A DNA stretch of 64,000 nucleotides from a virus: the IMG/VR virus record IMGVR_UViG_3300020055_000004; one strand, written 5' to 3'. A program made the position numbers and the translations under genes. How positions within the stretch are numbered: the first letter of the stretch is position 1; the number at the start of each line of letters is the position of its first letter. The notes below the pieces were generated by a model. It ran no database searches, was not told the DNA's origin, and saw only the letters and a list, made by a program, of their open reading frames with translations. Below are positions 19,303 through 26,218 of this stretch, one piece after another.

Positions 19303-19326
19303 AGCACTTGTCAAATGGAGATAAAC

Positions 19327-19491
19327 ATGTCAGTTATGAAAGATTACGCTAAAAAAGACTACCGCACGGTAGCACAAACCCGAGGTGAAAAAGTGCTCAA
19401 AGATTTCATTCTTGGTATCCTTGCGTGTAGCGCAATGGGTGCGCTGCTTGGTTTACTACTCGGCTACGGCCTTCTCTACACAGGAGTTTAA
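19327..19491 (+). CDS. Small membrane protein (54 aa, not in ORF track)
   Basis: GGAG RBS; MSVMKDYAKKDY...FILGILACSAMGALLGLLLGYGLLYTGV*. Confidence 0.65.
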   Translation: MSVMKDYAKKDYRTVAQTRGEKVLKDFILGILACSAMGALLGLLLGYGLLYTGV

Positions 19492-19493
19492 TC

Positions 19494-19790
19494 ATGAACT
19501 TTATTCAAGATTCTACAATTTGTGGTACTTCACTTCAAGGTTATGTTGCGGCTACTATTCATCAGCTCGAAGCTGTATTCGGTCATCCTACGTATGACGA
19601 AACCTCAGGCGATGATAAAGTCGATGTTGAGTGGAACCTGCGATTCGACGATGGTACAGTAGCTACCATCTACAATTGGAAAGATTATGATGGTGGCCAA
19701 CGTGTTCGCAGTGGTGTTGAATACGAATGGCACATCGGCGGCAAAAATCGAATTGCTGTCGCTAACGTTTTAGAAGCATTAGGAGTTTAA
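19494..19790 (+). CDS. Conserved phage hypothetical protein (TSLQG...ATIYNWK...WHIGG)
   Basis: AGGAG RBS; recognisable phage motif. Confidence 0.75.
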   Translation: MNFIQDSTICGTSLQGYVAATIHQLEAVFGHPTYDETSGDDKVDVEWNLRFDDGTVATIYNWKDYDGGQRVRSGVEYEWHIGGKNRIAVANVLEALGV

Positions 19791-19791
19791 T

Positions 19792-20010
19792 ATGATTGCA
19801 CGTTTGAAAGAGTACGATGGTTACACCGAGCGAGGTATCCTCGGTAACCCTGATGTCACCTATGAGCAGGCCGTTGGCTATTTTGCTCGCGGTGCAACAG
19901 GCCGTGTTTGTCTCGTCTTGCTAGACGAGTTAAAGGAGGGTATGCAAATTTCTACCCTCGCTGAAATCAGCGATTGGGCTGAGCAAGGAGGTGGTTATCT
20001 TGACTACTGA
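19792..20010 (+). CDS. Hypothetical early protein
   Basis: AGGAG RBS; operon packing. Confidence 0.6.
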   Translation: MIARLKEYDGYTERGILGNPDVTYEQAVGYFARGATGRVCLVLLDELKEGMQISTLAEISDWAEQGGGYLDY

Positions 20011-20305
20011 AATGCCGAATCTCGAATCGAAGCTTCGAGCACATGATTGGTTTTACAACTATGCCGATGACCACCGAGCTTGGACACGCGGTAATATGCA
20101 ATCGCGAGAAATAAATAATCTCATGGAATTGGCTCGTATTGCCGGCGACGGCGCGGCCGCGGCTGAGTTGTATAATCAGTACAATCCACACGCACAAGAA
20201 ACTGCATTCAGTCATGCTGAGAGAATCAGTCGTATGTACCTCGATGAAGATGGTACTTATTCAGTAAAATGGTATACTAAGGAAGAATATGAAGCGAAGA
20301 ACTAA
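20000..20305 (+). CDS. Hypothetical early protein (HDWFYNYADDHRAW motif)
   Basis: TTG start 7 nt after AGGAGGT; motif recurrent in phages. Confidence 0.6.
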   Translation: MTTEMPNLESKLRAHDWFYNYADDHRAWTRGNMQSREINNLMELARIAGDGAAAAELYNQYNPHAQETAFSHAERISRMYLDEDGTYSVKWYTKEEYEAKN

Positions 20306-20654
20306 ATTGAAAATTGACGTCGATCATGACGAAATTTTGGCGCCTGATTTCAAGCAAGAAACTATGATCATGCAGCTACGTAAGATCGTCGATTCAATTG
20401 GCAATCCGAGTCCATTGCATTGGGTTCGAACTGATAATGGTCGTAACGTATGGATAGCTCATAAGCATGCCAAGACTATCGTCAATCTTTATGATCGCCT
20501 GACATCCCGCGAAGCCAAGTCTTCGTATGTCGACAATCGTATCGATCCTGCTATCAATGCTACAATGACTCGAGCTAAGCAACAGCTTGTCGAATCACTT
20601 CAAACGACTGATGGTCTCAACAACCTTATCAAAGAATTACGTAATGCTTCTTGA
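20289..20654 (+). CDS. Hypothetical early protein
   Basis: AAGGA RBS; 121-aa ORF. Confidence 0.6.
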   Translation: MKRRTKLKIDVDHDEILAPDFKQETMIMQLRKIVDSIGNPSPLHWVRTDNGRNVWIAHKHAKTIVNLYDRLTSREAKSSYVDNRIDPAINATMTRAKQQLVESLQTTDGLNNLIKELRNAS

Positions 20655-21384
20655 AGGTAAATTTAATTTAAATATCATCACCAAATGCAATTTACATTGT
20701 GTTGGCTGTAGTACTTTAGATTATCCTGATAGAGGAATCGCTATTAGTGACATGTCACTCGATGATGTGCAGCAATTCTGTAAAGTTTTAAGTGATAATG
20801 ATATTATTTTAGAAGAAATTTTATTGATGGGCGGCGAACCAACATTACATCCACAGTTCAGTGAAATTGTTGATTATTTAATGTTGAGCGATAGATGTCA
20901 TTATTTGTCTGTGGTTACTAACGGAACAAATCTAACTTCAAAAAATATGAAGATACTTGAAAAGTTAGATCGGGTGTTTATTACTGATTATTTACTGGCA
21001 GCACCTGAATCAAAAAAGATATCAGATTATGAATGGCCTGAAAATTTCGAAATTTGGACTAGAGATAGCTTTAATACGCATGGCATCCGAGAAGAATGGG
21101 CAGAACCAAGATTCAATTGGGATAATTGTTATATGAAAGATGATTGTCGTGTTGCTACAACTGAAGGCGTATATAGATGTGCAATTACACATGCAGAAAG
21201 AACTAACATGGCAGAATGGACTGATCATGCACAAATCGATTCTATATTTGGTGATGAACCTTTCGAACGATGTGGTACATGTAATATCGGTTATGCTCCA
21301 TATTATCAGTGGAAATCTCATAAGCCAGAAATTGATCGATCAAATTATATTAGAGGAATTAAATTAATAGATGAAAATTCTTAA
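20644..21384 (+). CDS. Radical SAM protein
   Basis: CNLHCVGC (CX3CX2C), MGGEPTLHP and VTNGT motifs; extra C-terminal cysteines (CY..DC...RC...CGTC). Confidence 0.88.
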   Translation: MLLEGKFNLNIITKCNLHCVGCSTLDYPDRGIAISDMSLDDVQQFCKVLSDNDIILEEILLMGGEPTLHPQFSEIVDYLMLSDRCHYLSVVTNGTNLTSKNMKILEKLDRVFITDYLLAAPESKKISDYEWPENFEIWTRDSFNTHGIREEWAEPRFNWDNCYMKDDCRVATTEGVYRCAITHAERTNMAEWTDHAQIDSIFGDEPFERCGTCNIGYAPYYQWKSHKPEIDRSNYIRGIKLIDENS

Positions 21385-21586
21385 AGAAATTACCGAGTGG
21401 AACGAGACTGAATACACGGTCCCTAATCATACATATGCTATCAACGACGCAGGCAAAATGGTTGCTTATCGTAAGACTGGCACAAAAGAATGGATTGTCT
21501 TTCCGAAAGCACGTATGTTTGATAGAGCTCGCCGTAAGTTTGTCACCCTAGCTAAAGATGTAAATAATTCATATTTTGCGAAATAA
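21371..21586 (+). CDS. Conserved phage hypothetical protein (EITEW...PNHTY...RRKF)
   Basis: GAGGA RBS; motif. Confidence 0.65.
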   Translation: MKILKEITEWNETEYTVPNHTYAINDAGKMVAYRKTGTKEWIVFPKARMFDRARRKFVTLAKDVNNSYFAK

Positions 21587-21588
21587 CT

Positions 21589-21618
21589 GTGTACATCTCT
21601 TCTAAAACGTAGTAGAAT
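21589..21618 (+). promoter_or_regulatory. Early promoter
   Basis: GTGTACA-N17-TAGAAT. Confidence 0.75.
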
Positions 21619-21663
21619 GGTACATGTAAATTGGAAAACACACACAACACAGGAAAATATATT

Positions 21664-22659
21664 ATGGCACATAATCTCGAAATCATCAATGGTCAAGCTC
21701 AAATGGCATACGCTGGTGAAACTCCTTGGCACGGCCTCGGTGTTCGCGTATCAGACGACCTGACTCCAAAAGAAATGCAAGTTGCAGCTGGTCTGGATTG
21801 GTCAGTATCGAAGGAAGACATGTACGTTGGTGACATGAAAGTTCCGGGTAAGCAGGCACTTGTACGTTCATCTGATAATAAGATCCTTGACGTCGTCGGC
21901 GATCAGTGGATTCCTGTTCAGAACGATGATGCCTTTAACTTCTTTGACGATTATGTCAAAGCCGGTGGTATGGAAATGCATACCGCTGGTTCACTTCAGG
22001 ATGGTAAGATTGTCTGGGCTTTGGCAAAAGTCAACGAGACGTTTACGTTATTCGGTGGCAAAGACGAAGTCGAATCTTACCTCCTGCTTTCTAATCCTCA
22101 TAACTATGGTCGCGGAGTCGATGTTCGATTCACTCCCACTCGTGTGGTGTGCAACAACACCCTGTCAATGGCCTTGGACGGCAAGGCTTCACTTGGTATC
22201 TCACTAAATCACCGTCAAGAGTTTGATGTTGAGAAAGTACAGATGGCCTTGGATCAAGCTTCGAAGCAAATGAATACCTATAAAGAAGCTGCTGAGTTCA
22301 TAGGTTCTAAGCGTTATACTGAAGAGAAGTTGTTCGAATACTTCAATCGTGTATTCCCAATGACAACTAAGAATAATAACGTTGTCTCTTTCGAAGAGTT
22401 AATGAACTCCTTTAAATCTGGAAAAAATGCAGGTGTTTCACGTAATGCGCGCGAAGCACTTGAAGTGGTCAACACCCAGCCCGGTGCTGAGTTTGGTCGC
22501 GGTACTTGGTGGTCAGCGTACAACGCTGTAACTTATATGACTAACCACACTCTTGGTGTCTCTAATGACTCACGTCTAAAGTCAACTTGGTATGGTTACA
22601 ACAAGAACCGCAACATCGAAGCACTGGGTCTGGCTGTTGAATATGCGGAGGCTGCTTGA
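21664..22659 (+). CDS. DUF932-family protein
   Basis: MAH...PWHGLG, AGLDW, ETAGSL-like, RVVCNNTL and GTWWSAYNAVT motifs. Confidence 0.85.
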   Translation: MAHNLEIINGQAQMAYAGETPWHGLGVRVSDDLTPKEMQVAAGLDWSVSKEDMYVGDMKVPGKQALVRSSDNKILDVVGDQWIPVQNDDAFNFFDDYVKAGGMEMHTAGSLQDGKIVWALAKVNETFTLFGGKDEVESYLLLSNPHNYGRGVDVRFTPTRVVCNNTLSMALDGKASLGISLNHRQEFDVEKVQMALDQASKQMNTYKEAAEFIGSKRYTEEKLFEYFNRVFPMTTKNNNVVSFEELMNSFKSGKNAGVSRNAREALEVVNTQPGAEFGRGTWWSAYNAVTYMTNHTLGVSNDSRLKSTWYGYNKNRNIEALGLAVEYAEAA

Positions 22660-23678
22660 ATAAAAGAATATTAGTAACGGGTGGTGCCGGTTTTATCGCG
22701 CACCACTTTATTTTTGAAGTATTGATACGAACAGATTGGGATGTAGTTACCATTGATCGATTAGATTATAGTGGTAACTATAATCGCTTGCAAGAAATTT
22801 TAGAAGGTTTAAATCCTGCTGAAAGAAAACGAGTAACAATACTATATCATGATTTAAAAGCTGAAATCAATCCTCATATTGCATCAAGGATTGGTAAGAT
22901 TGATTATGTTGCACATATTGCAGCAGCTAGTCATGTTGATCGTAGTATTGAAGATCCGATGAGTTTTGTAATGGATAATGTGGTTGGCACTACAAATATC
23001 CTGAACTATGCACGACAATTGGACAGTCTAGAAAAGTTTATCTATTTTAGTACGGACGAAGTGTTCGGTCCAGCACCAGAAGGTGTCTCATATAAAGAGA
23101 ATGATAGATATAATTCTACTAATCCATACAGTGCAAGTAAAGCTGCCGGTGAAGAGATGGCCGTTGCTTTCGAAAATACTTACGGTATGCCAATTATCAT
23201 CACTCATACGATGAATGTATTTGGTGAACGGCAACATCCAGAAAAGTACATTCCAATGTGCATTAGAAAGATTAGAGATGGTGAAACTATCACTGTACAT
23301 AGTAATGCAGAGAAAACAAAAGCTGGAAGTAGACATTATATTCATGCACACGATGTTGCTGACGCATGTTTGTTTTTACTTTTAAATGATTTTGAAGTAC
23401 AATATGACTATGGTCATGCTAAATGTCCAAAGTATAATATTGTAGGACCAACAGAACTTGATAATCTTGCGCTAGCACATCTAATTGCAGATTATCAAGG
23501 TAAACAACTTAGATATGAGATGGTCGACTTTCATAGTGCACGACCTGGTCATGATTTAAGATATGCTTTGTCAGGAGAAAAACTTGCGAAGCTTGGTTGG
23601 AAACCTAAACCTACACACGATCGTTTGATGCAAGTTGTAGATTGGACTCTTAAAAATCCTCATTGGATGGAAGTATAA
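22656..23678 (+). CDS. NAD-dependent epimerase/dehydratase (dTDP-glucose 4,6-dehydratase-like)
   Basis: TGGAGFI, AAASHVDRS, STDEVFG, YSASK and RPGHDLRY motifs. Confidence 0.9.
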   Translation: MNKRILVTGGAGFIAHHFIFEVLIRTDWDVVTIDRLDYSGNYNRLQEILEGLNPAERKRVTILYHDLKAEINPHIASRIGKIDYVAHIAAASHVDRSIEDPMSFVMDNVVGTTNILNYARQLDSLEKFIYFSTDEVFGPAPEGVSYKENDRYNSTNPYSASKAAGEEMAVAFENTYGMPIIITHTMNVFGERQHPEKYIPMCIRKIRDGETITVHSNAEKTKAGSRHYIHAHDVADACLFLLLNDFEVQYDYGHAKCPKYNIVGPTELDNLALAHLIADYQGKQLRYEMVDFHSARPGHDLRYALSGEKLAKLGWKPKPTHDRLMQVVDWTLKNPHWMEV

Positions 23679-23681
23679 ATA
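23674..23681 (+). promoter_or_regulatory. T4 late promoter TATAAATA
   Basis: Exact consensus upstream of the 23714 ORF. Confidence 0.6.
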
Positions 23682-23713
23682 TTATCACCCGCTAACACAC
23701 ACAGGAGAATATT

Positions 23714-23968
23714 ATGGAATTTGTGTTGCTACTTCTATTGGTTGCGTGCGTCGCTTATGTCGCCCTTCCAACACTCGTCGACTTTTGGACTGGTTCTGAA
23801 CCACCTGCAGAAGAAACACCAGAAGAATCTCAACTCGAAGTACCTAATCTAGGTAAGATGACAAAGGTACAGATTGAAGAATGGACTCGCGAAAATCTTG
23901 GTGTTGATCTCGATCGTCGTATGACGAAAGCGAATATGATCAAGGATATTCAGAGTCGAGTAAAATGA
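23714..23968 (+). CDS. Membrane-anchored protein with C-terminal helix-extension-helix-like motif
   Basis: N-terminal TM; KMTKVQIEEWTRENLGVDLDRRMTKANMI. Confidence 0.65.
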   Translation: MEFVLLLLLVACVAYVALPTLVDFWTGSEPPAEETPEESQLEVPNLGKMTKVQIEEWTRENLGVDLDRRMTKANMIKDIQSRVK

Positions 23969-24204
23969 TGGCCCAGACGATAGACGATTCGGCTGGCTTA
24001 AAAGATATATTACAAGAAATAGAAAAGATTAGAGAGGGTGGCGTCGATTATATGGATGCCATCATTCACTATTGCGATAAGCATGAGGTGGAGATCGAAT
24101 CTATTGCGAAATATATTAAGAAGAATGTGGTCCTCAAAGCCAAACTACAAGAAGAGGCTGAGGAATTAAATTATTTACAAAAAACTTCAAGGCTACCAAT
24201 TTGA
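23965..24204 (+). CDS. 33: Late-transcription co-activator gp33
   Basis: YMDAIIHYC...EIES...LKAKLQEEAEELNYL; synteny 33-59-32. Confidence 0.88.
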   Translation: MMAQTIDDSAGLKDILQEIEKIREGGVDYMDAIIHYCDKHEVEIESIAKYIKKNVVLKAKLQEEAEELNYLQKTSRLPI

Positions 24205-24209
24205 TTTAT

Positions 24210-24779
24210 ATGGACGCGTATGATGCTTATAAGAAGTTTCTTGCCATCAAGCTCCATTTCAAAAACGAGAAGTACGATTACTTTAAATATCGTGGCAGTG
24301 TCAAGGTCACGAGAACGTCTTTTGAAACGCGCAATGACAAGTACCACTTTCATAAGCTAAGTAAGAAACCTGATTTAGAATTATTCTTAGCGTGTAACAT
24401 TCGTGATGACAACGATGTCTGGGTCGGCAATCTATTTGATGACAAATGTCTACATAGATTCCGTGATACACAGAAAAAGCTTCAGTCACTCGAATACATG
24501 TTCAAGAATGACATGTCTCAGTTCGATTCGCTCGATGAGGCATTCGTGGTACAGAACGGTGACTATCCTAAGTTGTTGAATATGTTCAATCGTGGAGAGG
24601 TGATGACCGAAACAATGGTCATACTCAATGACACGTGTAGAATATTTGATTACTGGGATCAACATATTTCTGATACCATACTATGGCCGAAGATCAGACA
24701 ACGTATTGAAAAATACTCTGGCTTCATGAACTATGACAGAGTCAAGTATAATAATATACTCAAGACTCTTTACACATAA
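24210..24779 (+). CDS. 59: Helicase loader gp59
   Basis: LAIKLHF...YDYFKYRG...RNDKYHFHKL; synteny. Confidence 0.9.
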   Translation: MDAYDAYKKFLAIKLHFKNEKYDYFKYRGSVKVTRTSFETRNDKYHFHKLSKKPDLELFLACNIRDDNDVWVGNLFDDKCLHRFRDTQKKLQSLEYMFKNDMSQFDSLDEAFVVQNGDYPKLLNMFNRGEVMTETMVILNDTCRIFDYWDQHISDTILWPKIRQRIEKYSGFMNYDRVKYNNILKTLYT

Positions 24780-24789
24780 GGACACACAC

Positions 24790-25062
24790 ATGTCAAACTC
24801 AACACCTTACGAATTAAGATTTAAAGTTCTCGAAATGGCTCGCGATTTATGCATGGACGAGTATCATCAACAATCAAATGCATTCTGGCAGCTTCATTTA
24901 AAAATGGAAGAAATTCTGGAAAAAGTTTCAATGAATGAGGTAACTGTTTCTAAACTTAAAGAACTCTCAGATGAATTGAAAGTAGCTATTCCTGAAGCAC
25001 CTGATACAAATGCTATTAATAAAAGAGCAAAAGAACTTTATGAATTTGTATCCACAAAGTGA
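24790..25062 (+). CDS. Conserved T4-like hypothetical protein (PYELRFKVLEMA...AKELYEFV)
   Basis: AAGGA RBS; motif. Confidence 0.65.
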   Translation: MSNSTPYELRFKVLEMARDLCMDEYHQQSNAFWQLHLKMEEILEKVSMNEVTVSKLKELSDELKVAIPEAPDTNAINKRAKELYEFVSTK

Positions 25063-25113
25063 TATAAATAATACTCTGCAGCGGTGTACTTTCGAGTGCA
25101 CTTGCTGTAGAAT
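25063..25113 (+). promoter_or_regulatory. Tandem late (TATAAATA, 25063-25070) and early (GTGTACT-N17-TAGAAT, 25084-25113) promoters for gene 32
   Basis: Consensus matches in the intergenic region. Confidence 0.7.
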
Positions 25114-25178
25114 ATAAACTGTTACATTATGAACAACGTGAATAAACTGCTCATACACTGTTATACAAGGAAATACAT

Positions 25179-26093
25179 ATGAACGATTTCGCATCGCTAA
25201 AATCCTCTCGCAAGTCACAATTCGACAAACTCAGCGCAGCTGCTGAGAAAGTTAGTGGCAATCAATCTCAATCCAATGGACCAGACGAACGATTCTGGAA
25301 ACCAACAGTCGATCAGGCTAAAAATGGTTCCGCAATCATTCGCTTCCTACCTGCACCAGCTGGTGAAGACGTACCCTTTGTTCGTTATTGGGATCACGGC
25401 TTTCAAGGTCCTGGCGGTTGGTACATTGAAAAGTCTTTGACTTCGATTGGTCTCGACGATCCTGTCGGCGAGTATAACTCCAAACTGTGGAACTCTGGCC
25501 TTGAGTCTGATAAAGAGATTGCACGTAAGCAGAAGCGCCGCCTTCACTACGTTGCCAATATCTTGGTTGTCTCTGACCCTGCGGCACCACAAAATGAGGG
25601 CAAAGTGTTCCTCTATGAGTTTGGTAAGAAGATCTTTGACAAAATCAATGATCTTATGCATCCTGCCTTTGAAGACGAAGACGCAATAAATCCTTTCGAC
25701 TTCTGGGAAGGTGCTAACTTTCGATTACGTATTCGACAAGTTGAAGGATATCGCAACTATGATAAGTCTGCGTTCGACTCACCATCTGCAGTATCTGATG
25801 ATGATGCCGAGCTCGAGGCATTATGGAAGCGTCAATATCCTCTTGCAGAATTGATCGATCCCAAAAACTTCAAGTCATATGAAGAACTTCAACAGAAGTT
25901 GAATCGTGTACTTGGAGGCCAGCAGGTTAATGCAGTTGCTGAAGATGTACCTAGCGCAGCTCCTGTAGCCCCATCCGAGGCTCCTGCTTGGCAACCTCCT
26001 GTTGATGATGTTGTGCCTCAGGTAGAAGTTAGTACATCATTCGATGACGATGATGAATCACTTGACTTCTTCCGTAAGTTGGCTAATGAATAA
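25179..26093 (+). CDS. 32: Single-stranded DNA-binding protein gp32
   Basis: DERFWKP, IRFLPA, GKKIFDKI, GANFRL and NYDKS motifs; acidic tail. Confidence 0.96.
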   Translation: MNDFASLKSSRKSQFDKLSAAAEKVSGNQSQSNGPDERFWKPTVDQAKNGSAIIRFLPAPAGEDVPFVRYWDHGFQGPGGWYIEKSLTSIGLDDPVGEYNSKLWNSGLESDKEIARKQKRRLHYVANILVVSDPAAPQNEGKVFLYEFGKKIFDKINDLMHPAFEDEDAINPFDFWEGANFRLRIRQVEGYRNYDKSAFDSPSAVSDDDAELEALWKRQYPLAELIDPKNFKSYEELQQKLNRVLGGQQVNAVAEDVPSAAPVAPSEAPAWQPPVDDVVPQVEVSTSFDDDDESLDFFRKLANE

Positions 26094-26218
26094 GCTTGGG
26101 AAGCTGGTACTCTGGGGGCTTCGGCCCCCTTTTTTATGCAGGTACCACAACCGGTACCAATAAGATGATAACGATCTACTTCTGATTCTCTAACTGCATG
26201 ACATATACACAGATACAT
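26018..26218 (-). CDS. Minimal Bfd-like [2Fe-2S]-binding protein
   Basis: MYLCICH...GTGCGTC; TAATG coupling to the upstream gene; 3' part overlaps gene 32 in antisense. Confidence 0.6.
   Translation of the reverse strand: MYLCICHAVRESEVDRYHLIGTGCGTCIKKGAEAPRVPASQAYSLANLRKKSSDSSSSSNDVLTST
26114..26136 (+). terminator. Intrinsic terminator with C(UUCG)G loop
   Basis: GGGGGC-TTCG-GCCCCC followed by a T-run. Confidence 0.9.

Noticed and set aside
19385-19597. 70-aa ORF from the track
   Set aside because: Overlaps two better-supported ORFs with strong SD sequences (19327-19491 and 19494-19790)
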